From an uncultured Bacteroidia bacterium (GTDB taxonomy: Bacteria > Bacteroidota > Bacteroidia > J057 > CALDDN01), in contig CALDDN010000038.1 of the NCBI GenBank assembly GCA_937936615.1, positions 7,226 through 71,225 on the forward strand: a stretch of 64,000 nucleotides of DNA, given 5' to 3'. Both the position numbers and the translations under genes were made by a program. This document shows positions 35,447 through 47,100 of the stretch, in pieces. The notes under the pieces are model-generated. The model was not told the DNA's origin and did not search any database. It was given only the letters and a program-made list of their open reading frames with translations. Numbering within the stretch: the stretch's first letter is position 1; every line of letters begins with the position of its first letter.

Positions 35447-36760
35447 ATGTTGAAAGAAACTGAAGTTTTGAATTATAAAGTCCGCGACCTCTCGCTGGCC
35501 GAATGGGGCCGCAAGGAAATCCGGCTGGCTGAAGCTGAAATGCCCGGCCTGATGGCCCTGCGGGAACGGTACGCGGCCAGCAAGCCCTTGGCCGGTGCCC
35601 GCATTGCCGGCTGCCTGCACATGACCATTCAGACAGCCGTGCTCATCGAAACACTCATCGAACTGGGTGCGGAGGTGCGCTGGTCGTCGTGCAACATCTT
35701 CTCGACCCAGGACCATGCTGCCGCTGCCATTGCTGCTGCGGGCATTCCAGTATTCGCCTGGAAGGGCATGACCGAGGCCGAGTACGACTGGTGCATCGAG
35801 CAGACCCTTTTCTTTGGCTCGCCCGACCGCCCGCTCAACATGATTCTGGATGACGGGGGCGACCTGACTAACGTCGTGCTGGACAAATACCCCGAAATAG
35901 CCCGTAACGTGCGCGGCATCTCCGAAGAAACGACGACAGGCGTGCTGCGGCTCTACGACCGCGTCAAAAATGGCACGCTCCCCATGCCAGCCATCAACGT
36001 CAACGACTCGGTTACCAAGTCGAAATTTGACAACAAGTACGGCTGCCGCGAATCGCTCGTTGATGCCATCCGCCGCGCCACTGATATCATGCTGGCAGGC
36101 AAAGTAGCCGTTGTAGCCGGCTACGGGGACGTGGGCAAAGGCTCGGCGGCTTCGCTGCGTGGGGCTGGTGCCCGGGTGATCGTAACGGAGATTGACCCGA
36201 TCTGTGCCCTCCAGGCTGCAATGGAAGGCTACGAGGTCAAAAAGATGATCGATGCCGTGCCCGAGGCGGACATTCTGTGTACTGCAACCGGTAACTGCAA
36301 CATCATCACTGGTGAGCATTTCCGCCTGATGAAGGACAAAGCCATCGTCTGCAATATCGGCCACTTCGACAACGAAATCGACATGGCCTGGCTCAATGAG
36401 CACTACGGCCACACCCGCGATACGATCAAGCCGCAGGTAGACCTTTACAACATCGATGGTAAGGATGTGATCGTGCTGGCCGAAGGTCGACTTGTAAATC
36501 TGGGTTGCGCGACGGGTCATCCCTCCTTTGTCATGTCCTGCTCGTTTACCAATCAGGTGCTGGCCCAAATGGAACTGTGGAACCGCGCCGGCCAATACAG
36601 GAATGAAGTTTATGTGCTGCCCAAACACCTCGATGAAGAGGTCGCCCGCCTGCACTTAGCTAAAATTGGTGTAGAGCTTGACACCTTGACCGAAGAGCAG
36701 GCCCGATACATCGGCGTGCCCGTCAATGGGCCTTACAAGGCTGAAGCCTACCGGTACTGA
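35447..36760 (+). CDS. ahcY: adenosylhomocysteinase
   Basis: 437 aa. Matches the family pattern: [24 protein letters not shown], and the NAD fold [11 protein letters not shown]. Confidence 0.97.
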   Translation: MLKETEVLNYKVRDLSLAEWGRKEIRLAEAEMPGLMALRERYAASKPLAGARIAGCLHMTIQTAVLIETLIELGAEVRWSSCNIFSTQDHAAAAIAAAGIPVFAWKGMTEAEYDWCIEQTLFFGSPDRPLNMILDDGGDLTNVVLDKYPEIARNVRGISEETTTGVLRLYDRVKNGTLPMPAINVNDSVTKSKFDNKYGCRESLVDAIRRATDIMLAGKVAVVAGYGDVGKGSAASLRGAGARVIVTEIDPICALQAAMEGYEVKKMIDAVPEADILCTATGNCNIITGEHFRLMKDKAIVCNIGHFDNEIDMAWLNEHYGHTRDTIKPQVDLYNIDGKDVIVLAEGRLVNLGCATGHPSFVMSCSFTNQVLAQMELWNRAGQYRNEVYVLPKHLDEEVARLHLAKIGVELDTLTEEQARYIGVPVNGPYKAEAYRY

Positions 36761-36788
36761 TCGATCCAACGGCATTCAACCGAATTGC

Positions 36789-36820
36789 AAGCGCGGCCCA
36801 AGAGCCGCGCTTTTTTGTTT
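36789..36820 (+). terminator. intrinsic terminator of ahcY
   Basis: gcgcggc (36791-36797) pairs with gccgcgc (36804-36810), followed by ttttttgttt. Confidence 0.85.
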
Positions 36821-37020
36821 GCAGAGCGTTTGATGAGGGGGAAGACTTTGGGCAGTGAGAATGTCAATTATTTTTGATGGCACATCGGCAAACGATTCAA
36901 TATCAAAAGCTATTCACGTATTGCCGCACTTAATTTGCTTAATTAAGTGAATCTGTTTTTAGGAAGCTTTCGTACTGTGCAGGTGGAAGCAGCTTTGTGT
37001 TGGCATTGACCTAATAATCA

Positions 37021-37051
37021 TTTGGTTCTGTGGGCCTTCTTGTTAACTTTG
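37021..37051 (+). promoter_or_regulatory. Bacteroidota-type promoter candidate for the first giant gene
   Basis: TTTG (37021-37024), a 19-nt spacer, then TAACTTTG (37044-37051), which matches the -33 TTTG / -7 TAnnTTTG consensus. It lies 35 nt upstream of the ATG. Confidence 0.45.
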
Positions 37052-37085
37052 CCCGCTGTAGGAAAACCTTCTATTTCTCACCATT

Positions 37086-40000
37086 ATGAAGAGAATTTTA
37101 ACAGTCTTGATCCTGCTGGCTGGCTTCTTGCAAGCTCAGGCAGGACCCGAGCGCAATGTCCCAGTCAGATCGAAGTCTGATGGGTTGGCCTTCATGGAAA
37201 ATAAAGGCCAGGTAGTGGACAATTTGGGGAACCAGCGCCCTGATATTCTGTACACCGCTCAGAATCATGGAGTTCAGGTGTACTTCCGTCAGAATGCGTT
37301 GAGTTACGTTTTCCCCCAGGTCGTCCAGCAAGACGGTGAATCGGTGGTAACAAACGTGTACCGCACGGACGTCGAGTTTGTGGGGGCCAACTCGCGGCCT
37401 GAAGTTGTCGCTGAAGGTGCATCGGGAGTCATCACCAATTTCTACCTGTCAAACAGTAACCTGAACGGCATTCAAGCCCGTTCGTATCGCAAGCTGACCT
37501 ACCACAACCTCTACGAAGGCATCGACCTGGTCTTCTTTGCCAGCGAGCAGAACGGCCAGTCGACCCTCAAGTACGAGTTTGTGGTGCGCCCGGGTGCCAA
37601 TCCCAATGTCATCCGGATGCGCCAGGTTGCCGCTCAAAAAGTAAGTCTCACCCGCGATGGCAACCTGGTCGTAAGCAACCCTCTCGGTCAAATCGAGGAA
37701 GTCGCTCCCTTCACGTTCCAGACCATCAACGGAACCCAGCAAGTAGTAGCCTCTGCTTATGAAGTTAAAAACGGTGTCGTGAGCTTCCGCCTCGGTCAGT
37801 ACGATCGCAACGAGCCGCTCGTAATCGACCCGCTGACCCGTCAATGGGCTACCAACGTAGGGGGTTCGGTTTCCGACCGCTTCAATGCCGTATCGACCGA
37901 TGCCAACGGCAATGCTTACGCTGTCGGTCAGACCAACAGCGTCAATTTCCCGGTCAATGTTGGTCCGAGCAAAGTCGCTGACAACAGCCAGGATGTCGTG
38001 CTTGCCCGCTTCAACTCCAACGGCTCGCTTGCATGGGCCACGTACTATGGCGGAAACGGTGTAGATATCGGTTCAGGTGTTACGCAGAATGGCAATGCCG
38101 TAAGTATCGTCGGCTGGACGGGAGCACAGAATCTGCCCGTTTCGACCAACGCTCTGCAGCCTACCAACGCAGGTGGTTTCGACGCTTTCATTGCTCAGTT
38201 TGATGCCAACACCGGTCAGTTCGTTTGGGGAACTTACGTCGGAGGTCCGCTGGCCGAGCAGTTTACGGCTATTCAGGCCGCTGCCAATGGGGATCTTTAT
38301 GTCGCCGGCCGCGTCCAAAGTACGAATCTGGCTACCGCAGGTGCCGCACAGGTTACGCCTGCTGGTAACCGCGATATGTGGGTCGGTCGATTCACCTCGG
38401 CAGGTGCTCTCTCGTGGGGTACCTACTACGGCGGAACCAACGACGACCAAGCTACCGGAATCGCTCTTGGCGACAATAACGACGTCTATGTAACCGGTTC
38501 TTCGGTCAGCAACGGCCTGTCAACTGCTGGAGCCTTCCAGACTACCAACAATGGCCTGAACGATGTCCTCGTAGTCAAGTTCAACAGCAGTGGCGTCCGC
38601 CAGTGGGCTACTTACTACGGTGGTGCAGGTACCGATGTCGCCAACGGTATTGCTTTCAGCAACGGAAACGTATTCGTAGTCGGTCAGACGACCAGCTCGG
38701 CTCCCAGCTTTTCGGTTCCTGTCGGCTCGTACCAGACGCAAAACGGCGGCCTGACCGATGCCTTCCTCTTCGCCCTCAACGGTGCCAACGGAAACCGCAT
38801 CATGGCTACCTTCATCGGTGGCAACGGTACCGACATCGCCTTCGGTGTATCGACCGTTGGCAACAACGTTTACGTAGCCGGTACCTCGAACTCGAACAAC
38901 TTCAATGTCATCAACCCCAACGCCGTCAACCTGCCCTTCCAGGCTACGAACGCCGGCTTCCTGGATAAGTTCATCGCCAAATTCGACGCTACGGCTCCCA
39001 ACAACGCCCAGTGGTCGATCCTTTACGGCGGTTCCACCGACGATGCCATCCGCGCCATCAGTAGCAACAGCAGCGGTGTAATTACTGCGGTCGGCTACTC
39101 GAATTCGCCCAACTTCCCGGTGTTTAACCGCATCCCGCAACAGACTGCCACACCAGGTCTGGCTAACGACGATGCCACCATCATCCGCCTGACCGACGAT
39201 GTGCAAACGACTGAGCCTTGTATTGTTATCGGTTCAATCGCTCAGGGAATCATACTCTGCGGTAATCAGACAACAACGCTGAACGTACTTGCGTTGTATG
39301 GCGGTTCTGGTACACTTTCCTACACGCTGACCACTGCTTCGGGAACGTTGACAAGCACTGACGGCCTGTTCTCCAATGTGCCTGCCGGAGCCTACACGCT
39401 GACGGTTACCGATGGAAATCCTGGCTGTACCGTAACCCAAACTGGTTCAGTTCAAGGCCCGTCGCCTCTGACATTTACTGTTACTGCAACCAACGAAGAC
39501 TGCCAGACCAGCCAGCTTGGCTCCATTTCGGTCGATGCTTCGGGTGGAACCCCGGGATACACCTACTCGATCGACGGCGGTGTATTTCAGCCGCAAGCCA
39601 CCTTTGCCGGTTTGAGTGCGGGAACCTACAGCATTCGCGTACGGGATAACAACGGATGTTTGTCCGCTGCAACGCCGGTGGTCATTTCCACCAATGCCCC
39701 TGTGCTCTCGGTAGTTTCGCAAACCAGCCCTCGTTGCGCTGGCGATCTGAATGGAAGTATCATGGTCAATGTTACTGGGGGCACTGCGCCTTTCCAGTTT
39801 GCGGTCAACGCTGGCTTGTTCACTGTCTCGGCTGCACCGATGTTTACATTCAACGGACTGGGCGGTGGTACCCAAACCATTCAGGTTCTGGATGCCAACG
39901 GATGTTCCAGCCTCATCACCGCAGAGCTTGCCAATCCGGCACCAATCGTTGTCAATCCTGTCGTAGTGAATCCGACAAGTTGCACCATGATGAATGGCAG

Positions 40001-43000
40001 CCTGACGCTTAACGTATCCGGTGGCACGGCACCTTACACCTATTCGTTTGACAATGGTGCAAGCTTTGGAGTGAACAACAGCCGTACCAATCTGGGTAAT
40101 GCAACGCTTGCTACTGTTGTACGCGATGCTAATGGCTGCGAAGTTCGACAGGAAGTCGTTGTCAGCAGTGCTGATGCCCCAGTAATTGAAAGCGTGATTC
40201 GGATTAACCCATCCTGCCGCATCAATAATACCACTGCAGATGGCCAAGTCGTGATACTGGCCTCGGGAGCAGCGAGCCCCCTGTTCTACTCCCTGCAAAA
40301 CGGTGCCCCGGGCACTTTCTTCGGTTCGTTTACCGGAAGCTACACCTTCGCCGGTCTTACTGCAGGCACATACAATGTCGCCGTAGCCAATGACGCCATG
40401 GGTACTTGCATTACCCGTGCCACGGTTACGCTCGTTGCCCCTCCGGCATTGATCATTGATCGCGTTACGCGTACACAGCCCTCCTGTGGGTCTGCGTCGG
40501 TTGGGGGTTCCCTTACTATCTCGGCTGTAGGTGGAGTGCCTCCGTACAGCTATTCGATCGATGGGGGCCAGTCTTTCTCTCCCAACCCGACATTCAGCAA
40601 TTTGTTCCCTGTGATCGGAGGATATCCTGTCATGGTGATGGATGCTAACGGTTGTCGCTCGAATGGGGGTACATACTTCATTTTCAACCCATCCGGCCTC
40701 GCCATTGCCAATGTTCAGGAGACAGCTCCCAATTGCGGCCAAAGCAATGGAAGTATAACCGTTGTCCCCATGGGTGGAACCCTGCCCAGATTCTACTCGA
40801 TCAACGGTGGCATGGAAACGTCAAGCACTGCAACCAGCTTTACTTTCTCCAATCTCACCGAAGGTGTTTACAGAATTCGAATTCGCGATAACAGCGGCTG
40901 CATTGTCGAGGAAGAGGTCAGCTTGGTTACGCTCTCGCTCAACTTAAGCTCAACGCCATCGGGCTGCAATGCCGCCGCAAATGCAGGCACGGGTACCATT
41001 ACCGCCACCATCAATGGCGGCACAGGGCCTTTTGTCTACAGCATTACTGGCACCTACTTTGATGGCGCAACGTTGATTACCAGCCCGACTAACTGGTTCA
41101 GCTCTTCGGCAATAAACGCAACGCAATTCATCTTCGGTGGCGGCACGATCACGGGATTTCCCAACGGCTTACCCGCAGGTGTGTACACGATAACGGTTCG
41201 TGATCTTAGCAGTACGAGCATCTGCCTCGCTTCCGGTACCATCAGTATTGGAACTACCCCGAGCACCCTTCCTCGGATCAATTCGTTTACGGTTACTCAG
41301 CCTGCCTGCGCGGGTGGTAACGGTTCGGTAGTAATCACTGGAGCTGCAAATCCAGATGGCAATACTTATTACCTGCTGGGTTCATCAACCCTTGGTCCAG
41401 TAACAGGAACGGGCGCAGGTCAAATCACAGGTACTTTTAACAACATTGTTCCTGCAGGCACGTTCGTTCCTGTGATTCGTCAAACCGGTGGTGCGAACGC
41501 AGGCTGTCTGGCTTTTGGCTCGCCGATCACCCTGACGGCTCCTGATCCGATCGTCATCTCCAATGTTGAAGTCCGTCAGCCTGCCTGCGATGGCAGCCTG
41601 GGCCGAATCGTTATTACGGCTACGGGTTCAGGCCCACTGGAGTACACCATTTCGGGTACTACGAACTGGCAGTCGAGCAATGTCTTTGAAAATCTGAATC
41701 CACAGACGATTGCTGCCGGTAATGTGCGCGTTCGCTACGCTTCAGCCACGACCTGCTTCGTCAGCACAAGCCAGGCTATCGTCCTGACCAATCCTTCTGC
41801 TTTTACTTTTACGACAGCGACTACTCCTCAAAACTGCGCACAACCTAACGGAACGATTACTGCGACAGTAACAGGGGGAACGGCGCCTTACCGCTTCTTC
41901 ATTGATGGGGTCGAGGCTACTACTGCTCCCCAGTTCAGCAACATCTTTACTTTCACTAAGTTAAGTGCTGGAACTCATATCATTCGCGTGGTAGATGCGA
42001 CAGGTAACTGTCCAGCCGTTCGTTCTCAGGCCGTGGCTCTGGGAACCATATTCGATTTTGCAACGAATGCTATCACAGCTGTTACCCAGCCCACGTGCAA
42101 TGACGGTCAGTTTACCGTAAATACGGTCGGTGGCAATACAGCTGGAACCCGTCGCTTCTCGATTAACAATGGTGGAAGCTTTACCAACGTTACTCTGCCG
42201 ACCAATAACGCTACCTTCTCCAATCTTCCAGCAGGCAACTATCGACTGGTTGTAATTGATCAAGGCGGCTGCCGGATTTCGCGGGACTACACCCTCACTG
42301 GCAACAACCCGGGTATCTTCGTCAATTCGATTAGCTTCACCAACCCGCCATGCGTTGGTCAGAATGGTACGATCAGCATCAGCTTCTCGGTCAGTGGCGC
42401 AGCTCCAATCGGTGTAACCGCAGCGAATATTGGTGGTAACCCTGCCACTACCAACCCGACACGCACGGGTAACGGGGCAACCACTTCCTCGAGCAGCCTG
42501 CCTGCAGGAACCTATGCTTTAGAATTGGTAACCGACGCTAATGTTACCAGCTGCCCAGACCTGACCATTACGCTTCCCTCGGTTACATTAACCGACCCGC
42601 CTGCCTTGATTGTACAGAATGTTGCGGTAACCCAGCCGGTCTGTGGTACGCCTTATCAGCCGGCTTCCATCACTGTTACGGCTTCGGGTGGTTCGAGCAG
42701 CAGCCTGCTTTACTCGATCGACAATGGCACAACCTTCCAGAGCAGTCCGGTCTTCAATCCGGTTGATGTGCGTCGCGGAACACCCGCAACCAACGTTTTC
42801 CGGGTAGTAGTTCGCGATCCAACGTTGCCCGTAGCTTGCAATACTGCGGTTTGGGGTGCCAATCCCTTTACGATTTCCAATCCCTCGGGTCTGGATATTT
42901 CATCGGGTACGCTCGTGCAGCCAACTTGTGTGAACAGCCCGACCGGACGAATTCCGGTTACAATCGCAGCGAATACATACCCCGTCCAGCTGGTGCTGAG

Positions 43001-44003
43001 CATGGGCAACACGCAGGTGCAGACCGTTACTTTGAATTCCGGAACAAGTCATTTGTTCCAAAACCTGGTGCCGGGCATGTACACGGTTCGCGCTATCGAT
43101 GCTTCGAACTGTGAGGACTTCTTCACCGCTACCCTGACTGCTCCGGCACCCTTGGAAATAAACGTTACCGGAACTACGGCTCCTTCGACGTGTAGCCAAG
43201 TGAATAACAACGGCAGTTTCGTATTCAGCGTTACCGGTGGTGTAACGACTCCCACCAATCAGCGGGAATATCGAATTACTGCAAACGGTGTCGTACAGCC
43301 TGGTCCCAATGCCAATGGCTACACGGATATTCCTACAGCTGGAGGTCCCTTCACAATTAATAACCTGAGCTCGGGTATCTACCAGATCGAGGTTCGCAAC
43401 AAGAACAATACTGCTTGCAACGCTACGCGAGTGGTATTACTCAACGATGTATCTACTCCTACGTTTAACAATGCAGTCGTTCTGCCTGCTGGAAATACAG
43501 CTTGCAACAACGGAGTGCTCGAGGCAAGGTTCACCGGAACCGGTCCGAACCTGATGTACGAAATAAGCCCAGATGGCGGGTTCTCATGGAGTGCTCCGCA
43601 GACCAGCCGCCTGTTCTTGAACCTGCCGGCCGGAACCTATTTCGTCCGTGCACGCACAGGAAGTGGTCCTAACTATTGCTATTCCTTCAGTAACGCCATC
43701 GTAGTGGGCTGCACCTCGCAGAAAGGCGAAGCCAGCCTCGAAGCTACCAAGCTGGCCGATCTGAGCGTGTACCCCAACCCGAACAACGGTCAGTTCACCG
43801 TGAACTACACGACGACGGCTGCCGCTTCGGTTGCCATCAAAGTCATCGACCTGACGGGCAAGGAAATCCTGAGCACCACGCGCGAGCTGGGTGCGGGCGA
43901 AAACCTCATCGACCTGAACATCGACAATGCCGCAGCCGGCATCTACCTGCTGCAGGTGATCGACGGCGGCGAGGTACGCACCGTCAAAGTCGCGAAAAAC
44001 TAA
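37086..44003 (+). CDS. giant T9SS-secreted surface protein (conserved N-terminal module, SBBP-type beta-propeller repeats, ~17 SprB-type Cys repeats, Por-type CTD)
   Basis: Signal peptide MKRILTVLILLAGFLQAQA. N-terminal motif FMENKGQ. Propeller-like repeats (WATYYGG.G.D.G.GV....VYV.G.T.S.N.P). Repeated units of the form C..(NGSI).V...GGT.PY.YS..G..FQ....F..L.AG.Y...V.D.NGC. C-terminus LSVYPNPNNGQFTVNY...LLQVIDGGEVRTVKVAKN. Confidence 0.9.
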   Translation: MKRILTVLILLAGFLQAQAGPERNVPVRSKSDGLAFMENKGQVVDNLGNQRPDILYTAQNHGVQVYFRQNALSYVFPQVVQQDGESVVTNVYRTDVEFVGANSRPEVVAEGASGVITNFYLSNSNLNGIQARSYRKLTYHNLYEGIDLVFFASEQNGQSTLKYEFVVRPGANPNVIRMRQVAAQKVSLTRDGNLVVSNPLGQIEEVAPFTFQTINGTQQVVASAYEVKNGVVSFRLGQYDRNEPLVIDPLTRQWATNVGGSVSDRFNAVSTDANGNAYAVGQTNSVNFPVNVGPSKVADNSQDVVLARFNSNGSLAWATYYGGNGVDIGSGVTQNGNAVSIVGWTGAQNLPVSTNALQPTNAGGFDAFIAQFDANTGQFVWGTYVGGPLAEQFTAIQAAANGDLYVAGRVQSTNLATAGAAQVTPAGNRDMWVGRFTSAGALSWGTYYGGTNDDQATGIALGDNNDVYVTGSSVSNGLSTAGAFQTTNNGLNDVLVVKFNSSGVRQWATYYGGAGTDVANGIAFSNGNVFVVGQTTSSAPSFSVPVGSYQTQNGGLTDAFLFALNGANGNRIMATFIGGNGTDIAFGVSTVGNNVYVAGTSNSNNFNVINPNAVNLPFQATNAGFLDKFIAKFDATAPNNAQWSILYGGSTDDAIRAISSNSSGVITAVGYSNSPNFPVFNRIPQQTATPGLANDDATIIRLTDDVQTTEPCIVIGSIAQGIILCGNQTTTLNVLALYGGSGTLSYTLTTASGTLTSTDGLFSNVPAGAYTLTVTDGNPGCTVTQTGSVQGPSPLTFTVTATNEDCQTSQLGSISVDASGGTPGYTYSIDGGVFQPQATFAGLSAGTYSIRVRDNNGCLSAATPVVISTNAPVLSVVSQTSPRCAGDLNGSIMVNVTGGTAPFQFAVNAGLFTVSAAPMFTFNGLGGGTQTIQVLDANGCSSLITAELANPAPIVVNPVVVNPTSCTMMNGSLTLNVSGGTAPYTYSFDNGASFGVNNSRTNLGNATLATVVRDANGCEVRQEVVVSSADAPVIESVIRINPSCRINNTTADGQVVILASGAASPLFYSLQNGAPGTFFGSFTGSYTFAGLTAGTYNVAVANDAMGTCITRATVTLVAPPALIIDRVTRTQPSCGSASVGGSLTISAVGGVPPYSYSIDGGQSFSPNPTFSNLFPVIGGYPVMVMDANGCRSNGGTYFIFNPSGLAIANVQETAPNCGQSNGSITVVPMGGTLPRFYSINGGMETSSTATSFTFSNLTEGVYRIRIRDNSGCIVEEEVSLVTLSLNLSSTPSGCNAAANAGTGTITATINGGTGPFVYSITGTYFDGATLITSPTNWFSSSAINATQFIFGGGTITGFPNGLPAGVYTITVRDLSSTSICLASGTISIGTTPSTLPRINSFTVTQPACAGGNGSVVITGAANPDGNTYYLLGSSTLGPVTGTGAGQITGTFNNIVPAGTFVPVIRQTGGANAGCLAFGSPITLTAPDPIVISNVEVRQPACDGSLGRIVITATGSGPLEYTISGTTNWQSSNVFENLNPQTIAAGNVRVRYASATTCFVSTSQAIVLTNPSAFTFTTATTPQNCAQPNGTITATVTGGTAPYRFFIDGVEATTAPQFSNIFTFTKLSAGTHIIRVVDATGNCPAVRSQAVALGTIFDFATNAITAVTQPTCNDGQFTVNTVGGNTAGTRRFSINNGGSFTNVTLPTNNATFSNLPAGNYRLVVIDQGGCRISRDYTLTGNNPGIFVNSISFTNPPCVGQNGTISISFSVSGAAPIGVTAANIGGNPATTNPTRTGNGATTSSSSLPAGTYALELVTDANVTSCPDLTITLPSVTLTDPPALIVQNVAVTQPVCGTPYQPASITVTASGGSSSSLLYSIDNGTTFQSSPVFNPVDVRRGTPATNVFRVVVRDPTLPVACNTAVWGANPFTISNPSGLDISSGTLVQPTCVNSPTGRIPVTIAANTYPVQLVLSMGNTQVQTVTLNSGTSHLFQNLVPGMYTVRAIDASNCEDFFTATLTAPAPLEINVTGTTAPSTCSQVNNNGSFVFSVTGGVTTPTNQREYRITANGVVQPGPNANGYTDIPTAGGPFTINNLSSGIYQIEVRNKNNTACNATRVVLLNDVSTPTFNNAVVLPAGNTACNNGVLEARFTGTGPNLMYEISPDGGFSWSAPQTSRLFLNLPAGTYFVRARTGSGPNYCYSFSNAIVVGCTSQKGEASLEATKLADLSVYPNPNNGQFTVNYTTTAAASVAIKVIDLTGKEILSTTRELGAGENLIDLNIDNAAAGIYLLQVIDGGEVRTVKVAKN

Positions 44004-44027
44004 GCGTAACCTTTCTTCATCCTGCTG

Positions 44028-44052
44028 AAAAGGGGCCATATGGCCCCTTTTC
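44028..44052 (+). terminator. intrinsic terminator
   Basis: aaaaggggcc atat ggcccctttt: a palindromic stem, ggggcc/ggcccc, with flanking A and T runs. Confidence 0.75.
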
Positions 44053-44114
44053 GCACTTATACACCGGAGAACGATGCTGGTCGATTGCCGTTGGTAATTG
44101 CCAGTGTCATTTGG

Positions 44115-44122
44115 TATTTTTG
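44115..44122 (+). promoter_or_regulatory. -7 box candidate (TATTTTTG) for the second giant gene
   Basis: Matches TAnnTTTG and lies 53 nt upstream of ATG 44175. There is no clean -33 TTTG at the canonical spacing. Confidence 0.3.
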
Positions 44123-44174
44123 CCACCAGCGTACCCGTACCATTCTCGAACTTTATATAGATAGAATAGTAATT

Positions 44175-47100
44175 ATGATAAGAAACCTACTCCTGCTTCT
44201 GCTGCTTCTTGGGGCGGCGGCAGCCCGCACGGATGCCGCGACCCCACGCTGGGTCGAAAACCGCGGCCAGATTCTCGACACCCGCGGGGAGGTGCGACCC
44301 GAGCTTTCGCATAGTCTCGACTTGGGTTGGGCGCAAGTCTACCTCAGCTCGCAGGGCCTGCACTACGTGCTGCGTCAGCCCGAGGGCGAATTGGGCGAGC
44401 ACCTGCTTCGCGTCGATGTGCGCCTCGAAGGGGCCAGTCCCAAGGCCCGCGTCGTTGCCGCGGATCCGGGTACCGAAATCCTGCGCTACTTCTTGGGCCA
44501 GTTCAAGCATGAAGTGGCAGCCAGAACCTACGGGCGGGTTACTTATGAGAACATCTATCGCGGCATCGATCTGGTGCTATATGCTCATGAGGTCAACGGC
44601 CAGCCTGCACTCAAGTACGATTTTGTAGTACATCCGGGGGCCGATGCCAGCCAGATTCGCCTCAGCTACCGCGGCCTGCGAAGTGGCAGGCTATCCCGCG
44701 AGGGTAACCTCCAGATTGAAACGGCTCTGGGTAGCTGGCAGGAAGACGCGCCCATCAGCTGGTACGAAGCTGACGGCATGCGCGAGCCGGCAGCCTCGCG
44801 CTACGACTGGCGTAACGGTCAGCTTCGCTTTGTGGTGGAGGGTTCGGCCAATGGCCGTCGGCTGGTGATCGACCCCGTAACCCGTGCTTTTGCCAGCAAT
44901 TATGGCGGTGGCTCAGCCGATCGCATTCTGGCTACAGCCATCGATAACGCGGGAACGGTAACCGTAACCGGTTACACGAACAGCGTGGTTTTCCCGACTA
45001 CACCCGGCGTGGTTCAGACGGTGTATGGCGGCCAGCAGGATGCATTCGTAGCTCGTTTCAGTGCTACGGGGCAGCGCATCTGGGCAACCTATTATGGCGG
45101 TTCGGGTCAGGATCAGGGGCTGGGAATAGCCGTGGGGCCGAACGGCATGGCCTATGTAGCAGGTTACACGGTCAGCAGCAATCTGCCTGTCCAGAATGCT
45201 TTCCAATCGACGAATGCGGGCAGTGGTGATGGCTTTCTGGCATCGTTCAATCCGGATGGTACCTTGAACTGGGCTACCTTCTGGGGCGGCACGCAGAACG
45301 ACCAGCTGACGGCCATCGCCTACTCGGCGACCAGTGGCGATCTCTATGTGGCAGGACGCACCTTCAGCAATGGACTGGCTACTCTTGGTCCCAATGCAGT
45401 TGCGGGCAACCGCGACATGCTGGTGGGCCGCTTTACGACCTCAGGCCAGCGAATCTGGAGTACGTACCTGGGGGGAACGCTTGATGACCAAGCTACGGGT
45501 ATTGCTGTAGGCCCGAATGAATCGATCTATGTTGCGGGTCTGACCACAAGCACCGGACTGGCCACGACCAACGCCCATCAGACGGCCAACGCGGGAGGCA
45601 ATGACGCATTTCTGGCCAAGCTGACGGCTCAGGGTCAGCGGGAGTGGAGTACGTACTACGGTGGCAGCGGTACGGATGCCGCCAATGCGATTGTTGCGCT
45701 GCCGGCAGGCGGTGCCGTAATCACCGGACAGAGTACGAGCACCAATCTGAACCTGCTCAATCCGGCGCAGAGCAATGCCGGCGGCCTGAATGATGCCTTC
45801 CTGGCCGGTTTCAATGCCAGCGGCAGCCTTATTATGGCGACCTATCTGGGTGGAAGTGGTACTGACCAGGCATTCGGCGTTGGTTTTGCCAACGGCAAGG
45901 TGTATGTAGCTGGTGCAACCAACAGTGCCAACTTCCCCTTGACCAATCCTGCGGGACCTAATTTCCCTTTGCAGACTGCCACGGCTGGCTTCCTGGACAT
46001 CTTCGTAGCTGCTTATACTCCCTCAACGGGTGCTCGCGACTGGAGTCTGGTTTACGGGGGAGCGTCGGATGATGTCGCACGGAGCCTGGGGGTTAATGCT
46101 GCGGGGCGTCTGGCCATTGGTGGTTACACCAACAGCAACAACGTGCCGCGGTTCAACCCGATCCCTAATCAGCCGCTGGCCGGCCTGGCCAACGATGATG
46201 CTTTCCTGCTTTACCTCGATGAACCGGCGGCAAGCAATCCGTGCCCGCCGCTTACGGTTCAGGCTGCGGGTGAAAACCTGCGCTGCGCCAGTCTGCCTGA
46301 AGGCCGCATTACTGTAACGGCACCTTCGGGGGCCAATTTCCGCTACAGCCTGCAAGGATCGGTCAATCGACCCGAGCAGACTTCGGCACTCTTCCAAAAT
46401 TTGGCTGCCGGCAGTTATGTCGTTCGCGTGCTTAATGTTGCCAATAACTGCGTATACGAAAGCACTCCTGTTGTACTGACGGCACCCCTGGCTCTGCCGC
46501 CGGTTGTCGTTCAGCAGACCAACCCGCGCTGTGCCAGCCGAAACGACGGACGGCTGGTAGTTCTCTCCCCCGCAGGGCCAGAGATCCGCTACCGGCTGGT
46601 GATCCCGCCTGGGCCATTCCAGACCAATCCTACATTCGAAGATTTGGGGGCCGGATTCTATCAGGTGGAGGCGCGAGACCTGAGCGACTGTCCGACGCTC
46701 TCAGCAGTGATCGAGCTGACTGCACCTGCTCCCCTGACTCTGCAGGCCCGGGGCAATACCATTCCTTGCAATTCGAATGCAGGTCTGGTGGAGGTAACGT
46801 CGGTTGCCGGTGGGGTCGGGCAGCTGACTTTTGAATTACTTGGTCCTGAAAATCGACCTGAGCAGAACAACGGCCTGTTTACGGGTCTGCCTGCAGGCGA
46901 TTATACAGTAGTGGTTCGGGATGTTAACGGGTGTTCAGCGACTGCCAATGTTGAGATTCGCAATCAGAACGCGCCACAAATTACGCTCAGTTCGACACCA
47001 GCCGTCTGCGGACAAGCTAACGGCTCGATTACGGTGTTCGCAACCGGCAATCAGGGACAGATGTTCTACCTTATTGAAGGACCGACTTCTCCCCCAGCTT

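Noticed and set aside
35420-36655. 411-aa minus-strand ORF.
   Set aside because: It lies antisense to ahcY.
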